Positions 7,668-16,379 of a DNA stretch of 20,000 bases are shown here, piece after piece; within the stretch, counting starts at the first letter, position 1, and each line of letters opens with the position of its first letter. This DNA is from an uncultured virus (IMG/VR IMGVR_UViG_3300024303_004490) (taxonomy: Duplodnaviria; Heunggongvirae; Uroviricota; Caudoviricetes), in IMG/VR virus record IMGVR_UViG_3300024303_004490; one strand, written 5' to 3'. The notes beneath the pieces were generated by a model. It was not told the DNA's origin. It made no database searches and saw nothing but the letters and a program-made list of their open reading frames with translations. The position numbers and the translations under genes are program-made.

Positions 7668-8066
7668 ATGAGTGATATTATAAAAAGTGATGAAGGCGGA
7701 CTCGTTGGCTTGTTCCACGGAAAAGGAGGAGGCTTATCAATTCCTAAGCCATTTGAAAAAGACATCTACCTTTTTGATAGCTATGTTGCAGGAACAACGC
7801 ACATTCCGGGAATTGAAGAGCTTGAACCACATTTGAATGTTGATGACAAACTTAATTTTTACCGTGAACCGGATAACAAGTACGACCCTAAAGCTATCGT
7901 TATAAAAAACAGCGATGGTATAAAAATAGGTTATGTGCCAAAAGAGGATAATGTTATATTTTCCCGTTTGATGGATGCAGGGAAATTGTTGTTCGGTAGA
8001 ATCACCCAAAAAGAGAAAAAAGGAAAATGGCTGAAGATAAATATTAAGATTTACCTTCATGAGTAA
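7668..8066 (+). CDS. HIRAN-domain protein
   Basis: 'YVAGTTH...LNFYREPDNKYDPKAIVI...KIGYVP' is the HIRAN signature. Starts 4 nt after the J-domain gene stop. Confidence 0.88.
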   Translation: MSDIIKSDEGGLVGLFHGKGGGLSIPKPFEKDIYLFDSYVAGTTHIPGIEELEPHLNVDDKLNFYREPDNKYDPKAIVIKNSDGIKIGYVPKEDNVIFSRLMDAGKLLFGRITQKEKKGKWLKINIKIYLHE

Positions 8067-8098
8067 AATACCTTATATCATTATAATGTAAAGGAGGG

Positions 8099-8659
8099 TT
8101 GGCATTGACCTACGAGGAAATCCATACTTCGGTTGAAACTCTTGTAAAAAAATATGAAGAGCGTGACCCATTTAAACTGTGTCGTGCAATGGGTATTATT
8201 TTGCTTTTTCAATCGTTAGGTACTGCACCAGATGCAATAAAAGGTTTCTTTCTTGAAAGCAAGCGAATCCGAACTATTACGGTCAACTCTGACCTCCCAG
8301 AAGTAATACAAAGAATAATAGTGGCTCACGAATTATGCCACGCAGAAAATCATCGAAAAAGCGGCATCCACGCTTTCCATGAAGTAGCAATGTTCGACCA
8401 GACCTCTGTCTATGAAAAAGACGCCAATCTTTTTGCCGCCGAACTACTTCTTGAGGATAAGGATGTACTTGAGGCTTTGAACCAAGATACAACCTTCTTC
8501 ACAGCCGCAGCATCACTGCGTGTTCCGGCAGAACTTTTAGACTTTAAGTTCCGTGTTATGAAATGGAAAGGTTTTATGTTAGTTGAGCCACCAACAAACG
8601 CCCGTAGTAATTTTATGCGTAACATGGAGGTTCCTGAAAATGCAGACTACTACTGCTAA
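8099..8659 (+). CDS. ImmA/IrrE-family zinc metallopeptidase
   Basis: HExxH motif 'AHELCH' and 'YEKDANLFAAELLL'. SD AAGGAGG; the TTG at 8105 may be the true start. Confidence 0.9.
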   Translation: MALTYEEIHTSVETLVKKYEERDPFKLCRAMGIILLFQSLGTAPDAIKGFFLESKRIRTITVNSDLPEVIQRIIVAHELCHAENHRKSGIHAFHEVAMFDQTSVYEKDANLFAAELLLEDKDVLEALNQDTTFFTAAASLRVPAELLDFKFRVMKWKGFMLVEPPTNARSNFMRNMEVPENADYYC

Positions 8660-8927
8660 ACCTATAAAAGTTTATGTAGCCGTTAAGACGGATTTTTCTG
8701 AAGACGGCACAATGCTTCCAAGGGAAATCACCTGGGAAGATGGAGAGAAATTTACAATTGAACGAATCCTTGATATAAGACAAGCACCTGCTATGAAAGC
8801 CGGCGGTCAAGGTGACAGATACACAATATTAATCAAAGGAAAACAAAGCTATCTTTTCTTTGAAAGAAGTACGAACCTTACTGGAAATTACATTGGTAGA
8901 TGGTTTGTTGAGCGGAAGATTGCGTAA
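8640..8927 (+). CDS. Small beta-rich protein (95 aa), putative Y-polymerase accessory factor
   Basis: ATG 8640 with GGAGG SD, overlapping immA by 20 nt. Sequence 'PREITWEDGEKFTIERILD...GDRYTI...YLFFE...GRWFVE'. Confidence 0.7.
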   Translation: MQTTTAKPIKVYVAVKTDFSEDGTMLPREITWEDGEKFTIERILDIRQAPAMKAGGQGDRYTILIKGKQSYLFFERSTNLTGNYIGRWFVERKIA

Positions 8928-8933
8928 GAGAAC

Positions 8934-8984
8934 AAGAGAAAAAGACATATGGGTTTTTATCTATATTCGTCTTTTTCTCTTTTT
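8934..8984 (+). terminator. Probable intrinsic terminator
   Basis: 13-bp inverted repeat AAGAGAAAAAGAC (8934-8946)/GTCTTTTTCTCTT (8969-8981) with T-run, just after the operon. Confidence 0.55.
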
Positions 8985-9028
8985 CGGTCCAAATAAATGT
9001 ACTTGAAGAAAATGTACTATAAAAAGCA

Positions 9029-9057
9029 TTGTTTATTAGGAAATTTTGTGCTATTAT
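9029..9057 (+). promoter_or_regulatory. Putative promoter for mrr-hsd
   Basis: TTGTTT-17 bp-TATTAT with an extended -10 TGn. Confidence 0.4.
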
Positions 9058-9107
9058 GTATAAGTATTATTGTAATGAATCTCAAGTGGAATTAAAGGGG
9101 TTAGATT

Positions 9108-10013
9108 ATGAAGTTAAAGGAATTATCTGCGGACGGAAAAATAGCATATTTGATTAAACCTATCTTAAAAGTTTTACAAGCAGCTGGCGGACAGCTTGAG
9201 CGTTCTGAAATTAAAGAAAGAATTGCCGATATGGATGACCAAATTGCTGACTATGCTGAACTTGAAAAGACATCCAAGAAAACAGGAAATACATACAAAG
9301 AATTCAATTTTAAATTCAACTTTGCGATTAAAGATTTGTATTTCATTGGATTATTAACCTATACAGATACTTCTCCCGTCACTTTGACTGAAAAAGGTTT
9401 ATATCTTGATGTTGATGCTCTTAATGTTCAAAAAGATGTTATTGAAGCGTCAAAGGTACACTGGGAAGAAATAAGCAAAAACAATAAGAAAAATAGGGTT
9501 GTTGATGTTTCAGATAGTGAAGAAGAAACTCAAGCGGAAGAAAAAATTAAGGACGATTTCAAGGAAATCCTTCTTGCGGCTATTTCAAAAATGTCTCCTA
9601 AGAAGTTTGAAGCTTTCTCAAGAGCGTTACTTAATAAAATGGGAGTCGAATTCACAGAGAAAGGTGTTCAAATCAGTAATGATGGCGGTATAGATGGATA
9701 TGGTTATCATATAGATGCAAATGATTTTAGAACAACAAGAGTTGTTATTCAGTGCAAAAGATACAATGTAGCACCCGTTAGAGAACCTGAAATCAATCAG
9801 TTCTTAGGGGCTATGAATAAATATCAAGCTGATTATGGTGTGTTTATTACAAATGGTAGATTTACAAATGCTGCAAGAATCGCCGCAAGAGAAGGTTCGC
9901 CAATTACTTTAATTGATGGCAATGAGCTTGTAAGACTTGTAAAGAGATATGAGCTTTACATAACGCCAGTACAAACTTATGTTTTAGATGATTTTTATAA
10001 TAGCGAAGAATAA
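9108..10013 (+). CDS. mrr: Mrr-family (type IV) restriction endonuclease
   Basis: N-terminal Mrr_N-like helical domain. Catalytic 'FEAFSRALLNKMG...DGGIDG...IQCKRY...GVFITNGRFT...ITLIDG'. Confidence 0.88.
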   Translation: MKLKELSADGKIAYLIKPILKVLQAAGGQLERSEIKERIADMDDQIADYAELEKTSKKTGNTYKEFNFKFNFAIKDLYFIGLLTYTDTSPVTLTEKGLYLDVDALNVQKDVIEASKVHWEEISKNNKKNRVVDVSDSEEETQAEEKIKDDFKEILLAAISKMSPKKFEAFSRALLNKMGVEFTEKGVQISNDGGIDGYGYHIDANDFRTTRVVIQCKRYNVAPVREPEINQFLGAMNKYQADYGVFITNGRFTNAARIAAREGSPITLIDGNELVRLVKRYELYITPVQTYVLDDFYNSEE

Positions 10014-10078
10014 TTTTTTTTATCATCAACTTCCGATAATTTTTATTATATAGAAGTTGTATTAAGGAGGGCGTAAAT

Positions 10079-12433
10079 ATGAGTCCCGTATTAAGCAAAA
10101 AACAAATGACAGAAGAAGATATTAAGCTTCAGTACATAACCCCAGCTATACAAAGCAAATGGGGTCTTGACAGTATGACTATGGAAACAAGAATCACCGA
10201 TGGTCGTATTAACCTTAAAGGTAATCTTGTTGCAAGAGAAAAGCCAAAAAAAGCTGACTATGTTTTGTATCTTAATAAGTACAAGCCCATTGCCATTGTT
10301 GAAGCAAAAGATAACAACCATTCTATCTCATATGGACTTCAGCAGGCTAAAACATATGCACAAATGCTTGATGTTCCCTTTGCTTACAGCTCAAACGGTG
10401 ACGGTTTTCAAGAATACGACTTTTTAACAGGAGTAGAGCGAGAACTCTCTATGGATGAGTTTCCCACAGCTGATGAATTAACAGCCCGTTGGGAAGCACA
10501 AGGCATAACTGATAATGAAAAGAAGGTAATTGCACAGCCTTACTATTCAAGTCAGAATACCTATGACCCTCGTTATTATCAGCGCAATGCAATTAACCGT
10601 ACTGTTGAGGCAATCGCAAAGGGTCAAGACCGTCTTTTGCTTGTTATGGCTACAGGCACGGGCAAAACATATACCGCTTTCCAGATTGTATATCGTCTGT
10701 TGAAGAGCAATCTCAAGAAAAAGGTATTATACCTTGCGGACAGAAACATTCTTGTTGACCAATCTATTCAGCAGGACTTTTCACCACTTGAAAAAACTAT
10801 ACATAAAATCAATTTTGCAAAAGATGACCCTGTTACAATAACTTCTCACGAAGTGTATTTTTCTCTTTATCAGCAGCTTGCCGGAAATAGCAATGATGAG
10901 GATGATGAAACTGGCGGCGAAGATGCTGTTGAGCGTTTTGCTAAGCTCTTCAATAAAGATTTCTTTGACCTCATTATAGTAGATGAGTGTCACAGAGGCT
11001 CGGCAAAAAAAGACAGCAACTGGCGTAAAATTCTTGAATATTTCTCATCAGCTACGCAGATTGGTATGACAGCAACACCAAAGGAAACAAAGTATATTTC
11101 GAACATTGATTACTTTGGTGAACCGATATACACCTACAGCCTTCGTGAAGGCATTGAAGACGGTTTCCTTGCACCGTTTAAAGTTATAAATATCAAAACA
11201 AACATCGGTGAGGGATGGAGACCTTATAAGGGGCAGCTTGATAAAAACGGCTATGAAATAGAAGATAAAATTTATACCAACAGTGATTTTGACTACAACA
11301 TCATTCTCGAAGACCGTACCTATGAGGTCGCAAGAGAAATTACTGAATATCTTAAGAGTACCGACAGAATGCAGAAAACCATTGTTTTCTGTGCAACAGA
11401 GGACCACGCTGAAAGAATGCGAATTGCCCTTAATAATCTTAATGCCGATATGTGCAAAGAGAATCCTGATTATGTTGTTCGTATCACGGGTTCTGACGCA
11501 TATGGAAAAAGCAAACTTGATTATTTTATATCTGTTTCAGCGCCATATCCTGTTATTGCAACAACATCAAAGTTGCTTTCCACAGGCGCGGATTGTAAGA
11601 TGACTAAACTTATTGTTCTTGATGAAATGATTAGTTCTATGACTGAATTCAAGCAGATTATAGGTCGTGGAACTCGTCTTCGTGAAAAAGAAGGTAAAAA
11701 TCATTTTGTTGTTATGGATTTCCGTAATGTAACACGTCTTTTTGCCGACCCTGATTGGGACGGCCCCATTGAGACGGTTGACGGATATGACCCTGACCAC
11801 AAGCCTGGTGGCGGAGGTTCAGGCAGCGGTGGAGGTCTTACTCCTCCGGTTGTTCCCACTGAAAAATATATAGTAGATGAAAGAGGCTGCAATGTTCAAA
11901 TTTTAGGTAAAACAGTTTCTGTTTACGATGCAAATGGAAAGCTTCTTCGTCAGGAAAGCATAGTTGACTATACTAAATCTAATATTCTTGGTAAATATGC
12001 TTCTCTTGATAATTTCATCCGTCAGTGGACCGCTGAGGAAAAGAAAGAGGCTATTAAGAACCTGCTTGCAGAACAAGGGATTGATTTGCAGCAGATGAAA
12101 GAAGAACAAGGAATGGAAGCTGTTGATGATTTCGACTTTATCTGCCATGTCGCTTATGATAAAAAGCCTCTTACACGCCGTGAGCGTGCTAACAATGTTA
12201 AGAAGCGTGATTTCTTAAGCAAATACAGTGGTGTAGCAAGAGAAGTCCTCGAAACCTTACTTGACAGATATATGAATACAGGCATTTACGAAATAGAAAA
12301 AACAGAGGTTCTTAAACTTGAAGACTTTAAAAAATATGGTAAACCTTCAAAAATCGCATCATATTTCGGTGGCAAAGACGGATATTTAAAAGCGATAAAA
12401 GAACTTGAAGAAGAATTATATAAGGTAGGTTAA
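10079..12433 (+). CDS. hsdR: Type I restriction enzyme R subunit (EcoAI/EcoEI-like)
   Basis: Nuclease motif 'ADYVL...IVEAK', Walker A 'MATGTGKT', 'DECH', 'GMTATP', 'QIIGRGTR'. EcoEI-type C-terminus. Confidence 0.96.
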   Translation: MSPVLSKKQMTEEDIKLQYITPAIQSKWGLDSMTMETRITDGRINLKGNLVAREKPKKADYVLYLNKYKPIAIVEAKDNNHSISYGLQQAKTYAQMLDVPFAYSSNGDGFQEYDFLTGVERELSMDEFPTADELTARWEAQGITDNEKKVIAQPYYSSQNTYDPRYYQRNAINRTVEAIAKGQDRLLLVMATGTGKTYTAFQIVYRLLKSNLKKKVLYLADRNILVDQSIQQDFSPLEKTIHKINFAKDDPVTITSHEVYFSLYQQLAGNSNDEDDETGGEDAVERFAKLFNKDFFDLIIVDECHRGSAKKDSNWRKILEYFSSATQIGMTATPKETKYISNIDYFGEPIYTYSLREGIEDGFLAPFKVINIKTNIGEGWRPYKGQLDKNGYEIEDKIYTNSDFDYNIILEDRTYEVAREITEYLKSTDRMQKTIVFCATEDHAERMRIALNNLNADMCKENPDYVVRITGSDAYGKSKLDYFISVSAPYPVIATTSKLLSTGADCKMTKLIVLDEMISSMTEFKQIIGRGTRLREKEGKNHFVVMDFRNVTRLFADPDWDGPIETVDGYDPDHKPGGGGSGSGGGLTPPVVPTEKYIVDERGCNVQILGKTVSVYDANGKLLRQESIVDYTKSNILGKYASLDNFIRQWTAEEKKEAIKNLLAEQGIDLQQMKEEQGMEAVDDFDFICHVAYDKKPLTRRERANNVKKRDFLSKYSGVAREVLETLLDRYMNTGIYEIEKTEVLKLEDFKKYGKPSKIASYFGGKDGYLKAIKELEEELYKVG

Positions 12434-12437
12434 AATA

Positions 12438-13916
12438 ATGAGCTTATCAAATTTTGTAAAAAGAATAAGAGATATAATGCGTAACGATGCCGGTATCAAC
12501 GGTGATGCACAGCGTATCGAACAGATGGCATGGATGCTTTTTTTAAAGGTTTATGACGCCAAAGAAAAAGACTGGGAATTTGACGACGAAGATTATGTAT
12601 CAATTATCCCCGAAGAATGTCGTTGGAGTAATTGGGCTGTCGATGACCGCTCTGGTAATGCAATGACAGGTGATAATCTTCTTAATTTTGTCAACAACAC
12701 TCTGTTTCCCACACTCAAGGGCTTATCTGTCAGCAAAGATACACCCATAAAAAAATCTATCGTTAAGACAACTTTTGAAGATGCAAACAACTATATGAAG
12801 GACGGTGTTCTTCTTCGTCAGGTTATCAATGTTATTGATGAGCTTGAGCTTGATGATTATGAGGAAAGCCACGCCTTCGGTGATATTTATGAAACTATAC
12901 TTAAAGAGCTTCAGAGTGCCGGTTCTTCAGGTGAGTTCTATACTCCTCGTGCTGTAACTGATTTTATGGCTAAAATGATTAAACCCCAAATCGGTGAAAA
13001 TGTCGCTGACTTCGCTTGCGGTACAGGTGGTTTCCTTACAAGCTGGCTCAAAGAACTTTCAGCTCATATTGAAACAACCGAAGACCAGGAAAAATACGAT
13101 AATTCAATTTACGGCATCGAAAAGAAGCAGTTCCCGTATATGCTTTGCATTACAAATATGCTTCTTCACGGTATTGATGTTCCGAAGATTTATCACGACA
13201 ACTCCTTGCTTCGTGATGTGCTTGACTACACAGAAGAAGACCAGTTTGAAGTTATTCTTATGAACCCTCCTTATGGTGGCAACGAAAAGAACGAAGTGAA
13301 AAATCACTTCCCGTCAGATCTTGCAAGCAGTGAAACTGCTGACCTTTTTATGTCAGTTATTATGTACAGACTCAAAAAGAATGGTCGTGCAGCTGTTATT
13401 CTTCCTGACGGTTTCCTTTTCGGTACAGATAATGCAAAAGTAGCTATCAAGAAAAAGCTTCTTTCAGAGTTTAATCTTCATACTGTTATCCGTATGCCTC
13501 ACAGCGTTTTTGCACCTTATACATCAATTACTACAAATATTCTTTTCTTTGACAGAACAGGCCCCACAACAGAAACTTGGTTCTACCGCCTTGATATGCC
13601 TGAAGGTTATAAAAACTTCTCAAAGACAAAGCCGATGGAACTCAAGCATTTTGCTCCTGCTATGGATTGGTGGGAAAATCGTGAAGAAATCGCAGTTGAT
13701 GGTTTTGACAAAGCAAAGAAATACACTGTTGAAGAGATTGCTGAAAAGAATTATAACATTGACCTTTGTGGTTATCCTCATGAGGAAGAAGAAATACTTC
13801 CTCCAAAAGAGCTCATTCAACAGTATCAGGCAAAAAGAGCAAGTCTTAATGCTGATATTGACCGCATTCTTGCACAGATTACTGATATTTTAGGAATCGA
13901 TATTACGGAGGAATAA
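12438..13916 (+). CDS. hsdM: Type I R-M N6-adenine methyltransferase M subunit
   Basis: 'GEFYTPR', SAM motif 'DFACGTGGFL', catalytic 'NPPY'. Confidence 0.96.
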   Translation: MSLSNFVKRIRDIMRNDAGINGDAQRIEQMAWMLFLKVYDAKEKDWEFDDEDYVSIIPEECRWSNWAVDDRSGNAMTGDNLLNFVNNTLFPTLKGLSVSKDTPIKKSIVKTTFEDANNYMKDGVLLRQVINVIDELELDDYEESHAFGDIYETILKELQSAGSSGEFYTPRAVTDFMAKMIKPQIGENVADFACGTGGFLTSWLKELSAHIETTEDQEKYDNSIYGIEKKQFPYMLCITNMLLHGIDVPKIYHDNSLLRDVLDYTEEDQFEVILMNPPYGGNEKNEVKNHFPSDLASSETADLFMSVIMYRLKKNGRAAVILPDGFLFGTDNAKVAIKKKLLSEFNLHTVIRMPHSVFAPYTSITTNILFFDRTGPTTETWFYRLDMPEGYKNFSKTKPMELKHFAPAMDWWENREEIAVDGFDKAKKYTVEEIAEKNYNIDLCGYPHEEEEILPPKELIQQYQAKRASLNADIDRILAQITDILGIDITEE

Positions 13917-13918
13917 TA

Positions 13919-15487
13919 ATGACCGGACAACAGCTTAAAAATTCTATATTACAAATGGCTGTTCAGGGCAAACTTGTTCCGCAGGACCCGAATGATGAAC
14001 CTGCTTCTGTTCTTTTGGAACGCATAAGAGCAGAAAAGGAAGCCTTGATAAAAGCCGGTAAAATCAAGAAAGAAAAGAATCCTTCTGTAATATTCCGTGG
14101 TGCCGATAATTTGCCTTATGAGAAAGTCGGCAAAAACGAGCCTGTATGCATTGCTGATGAGGTGCCTTTTGATATCCCTGATAGCTGGGAGTGGGTGCGA
14201 TTAGGCAGTTTGTTAAGCGTTATAAGTGATGGCACGCATAAAACACCGCATTATGTACCAGATGGTGTTCCATTTCTTTCAGTTCAAAATATTTCGAGTG
14301 GGAAGTTTGATTTCACAAAAATCAAATACATAACACAAGAGGAACATCAAAAATTGATTGAACGAATCAAACCACAAAAAGACGATATATTGTTTTGCCG
14401 AATAGGCACATTAGGAAAAGCTATTAAATGCACTCTTGATTTTGAATTTAGCATTTTCGTAAGTTTAGGGTTGTTGAGACCAGTAGATATTTCAATAACT
14501 GACTATTTAGTATTTGCAATAAACTCCCCGTTAGGCGATAAATGGATTCACGACAACAAAGTCGGCGGTGGTACTCATACTTATAAAATTAATTTAATCG
14601 ATATACCGAGAATGTTAATTCCCGTTCCTCCTTTAGAAGAACAAAAACGTATTTTTGATAAATTATCAGTATTTGAACCACTTACCGAAGAATACACAAC
14701 CAAAGAAAATACATTATCCATCCTTAATGCGTCGTTTAGTGATATTCTCAAAAAATCAATACTTCAAGAAGCGGTTCAAGGAAAACTTGTTCCTCAAGAT
14801 GAAAATGACGAACCCGCTTCAGTGTTACTTGAGCGTATAAGAGCTGAAAAACAAGCACTGATTAAGGCAGGTAAAATTAAGCGAGATAAGAACGAATCCG
14901 TCATTTTCAGAAGGGATAATTCTCATTATGAGAAGTTGAACGGAATTGAACGTTGTATCGACGATGAAATACCATTCGAAATTCCTGAAAGTTGGCAATG
15001 GGAACGATGGGGCAACATATCGCAAAGCATACAGTATGGCTATAATGCACCCGCAAAAAGTGATGGAAAAATCAAGATGGTACGCATCAGTGACATACAT
15101 AATAATACTGTTAAATGGGATTCTGTTCCGTTCTGCGATATTGCCGAAGAGGATATAGAAACTTACCTTTTAAAACCTAATGATATATTGTTTGCCAGAA
15201 CAGGCGGCACGGTTGGTAAATCATATTTAGTAACAGAAATTCTTGAAGATGCTATATATGCTGGATACTTAATCAGAACCCGTTATAGTAATGAACTTGT
15301 TCCAAAATACTTAAAGTACTTTATGGAAAGTGAGTTGTATTGGTCTCAATTGCGTTCAGGCACTATTGCCACAGCTCAGCCAAATTGCAATGGTCAAACA
15401 TTATCAAGAATGTTGTTGCCTATACCACCAAAAGCGGAACAAGAGCGAATCACGCAAATGATTGATATTCTTTATACAAAGCTATAA
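13919..15487 (+). CDS. hsdS: Type I R-M specificity subunit, expressed allele (TRD1.1+TRD2.1)
   Basis: GGAGG SD, 2 nt after the hsdM stop. Two TRDs, each preceded by a conserved 'QGKLVPQD...PASVLLERIRAEK...PFxIPxSW' block and ending in 'PxPPxxEQxRI'. Confidence 0.95.
   Translation: MTGQQLKNSILQMAVQGKLVPQDPNDEPASVLLERIRAEKEALIKAGKIKKEKNPSVIFRGADNLPYEKVGKNEPVCIADEVPFDIPDSWEWVRLGSLLSVISDGTHKTPHYVPDGVPFLSVQNISSGKFDFTKIKYITQEEHQKLIERIKPQKDDILFCRIGTLGKAIKCTLDFEFSIFVSLGLLRPVDISITDYLVFAINSPLGDKWIHDNKVGGGTHTYKINLIDIPRMLIPVPPLEEQKRIFDKLSVFEPLTEEYTTKENTLSILNASFSDILKKSILQEAVQGKLVPQDENDEPASVLLERIRAEKQALIKAGKIKRDKNESVIFRRDNSHYEKLNGIERCIDDEIPFEIPESWQWERWGNISQSIQYGYNAPAKSDGKIKMVRISDIHNNTVKWDSVPFCDIAEEDIETYLLKPNDILFARTGGTVGKSYLVTEILEDAIYAGYLIRTRYSNELVPKYLKYFMESELYWSQLRSGTIATAQPNCNGQTLSRMLLPIPPKAEQERITQMIDILYTKL
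14099..14126 (+). repeat. Recombination site A1 (core TTTGCC)
   Basis: GGTGCCGATAA-TTTGCC-TTATGAGAAAG. 17 bp (14106-14122) is a perfect inverted repeat of 18345-18361. Confidence 0.75.
14894..14973 (+). repeat. Recombination site B1 (core TTCTCA) and flanking identity
   Basis: AGAAGGGATAA-TTCTCA-TTATGAGAAGT (14909-14936). 14920-14973 is a perfect 54-bp inverted repeat of 16912-16965, and 14894-14931 is a perfect 38-bp inverted repeat of 17539-17576. Confidence 0.8.
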
Positions 15488-15491
15488 TTTC

Positions 15492-15522
15492 AGGCATACA
15501 CTTCATTGAGAGGTGTATGCCT
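15492..15522. terminator. Probable bidirectional terminator between convergent hsdS and recombinase
   Basis: AGGCATACACTTC-attga-GAGGTGTATGCCT, a 13-bp stem with one G-U pair. Confidence 0.65.
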
Positions 15523-15528
15523 TTAATA

Positions 15529-16338
15529 TTACCAATCGACTATTTTATCAACGATTTCTCTTTGCTCGGTTGCTGTTTTGCGAAGGTATATTCGTGTTGT
15601 TTCAATGCTTTCATGTCCCATAAGGTCAGCAAGAAAAGCAATATCGTTACAGCGGTCAAGAAAGCTTTTTGCAAACCTGTGGCGAAATGAATGAGGATAA
15701 ACGACAGCAGGGTCAATACCATATCTCACAGCTAATTTTTTGAGTTGCCCGGATATACCACGGGTGGTAATTCTGTCACCATACTTGTTCAAAAAAATGA
15801 AGCCACTTTCCTGATGCTTTTCAGCTAACCATGAAAGGGCTTCTTCTTTTAAAGATTGCGGTATGTATATTCGCCTTAACTTGCCGCCTTTTGAGTACAA
15901 ATCCAAGTGACCGAGCTTGATATGTTCAACCTTGATTTGTATAAGCTCACTGACTCTTGCGCCTGTCGCTGCCAAAAAGCGAATAACAAAATACCAAAAC
16001 ATTTCATCATCTTTTTTAAGGCTGTTTTTGAAATATTCATAGTCAGCCTCACTGATGACATTTTCAAGAAAAGCCTTTTGTTGTACTCTTACAAAGGGCA
16101 TTTTCCATTTTTCTTTACCCACACTTTCCAAGTAGCAGTTGATTGCTCTGAGCCTTAAGTTCACCGTTTTCGGCTTGTAGCTTTCAATAAGCCACACCTT
16201 GTACTCCCGTAGGTTTTTCTTTGTGACTTCATCGTACTGTTCGCTGAATTGTTTTATTGCAAACATATACGATGAAATCGTGTTTTCTGAAAGGTTTGTA
16301 CCTCTCAAGTGTCTTTCAAATTTGTTTTTATCTATCAT
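15529..16338 (-). CDS. Tyrosine recombinase (hsdS invertase)
   Basis: Catalytic set R ('TGARVSEL'), K ('SKGGK'), HxxR ('HSFRH'), H ('MGH'), Y ('TTRIY'). SD AAGGAGGT. Lies inside the hsdS array. Confidence 0.93.
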   Translation of the reverse strand: MIDKNKFERHLRGTNLSENTISSYMFAIKQFSEQYDEVTKKNLREYKVWLIESYKPKTVNLRLRAINCYLESVGKEKWKMPFVRVQQKAFLENVISEADYEYFKNSLKKDDEMFWYFVIRFLAATGARVSELIQIKVEHIKLGHLDLYSKGGKLRRIYIPQSLKEEALSWLAEKHQESGFIFLNKYGDRITTRGISGQLKKLAVRYGIDPAVVYPHSFRHRFAKSFLDRCNDIAFLADLMGHESIETTRIYLRKTATEQREIVDKIVDW

Positions 16339-16379
16339 AGCGAAAGACCTCCTTTCGCTATAATTATACAGATTGAAAG

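Noticed and set aside
11800..11860. GC-rich Gly/Pro stretch (PGGGGSGSGGG) in hsdR as an insertion or repeat
   Set aside because: In-frame low-complexity linker before the C-terminal domain, not a nucleotide tandem repeat.
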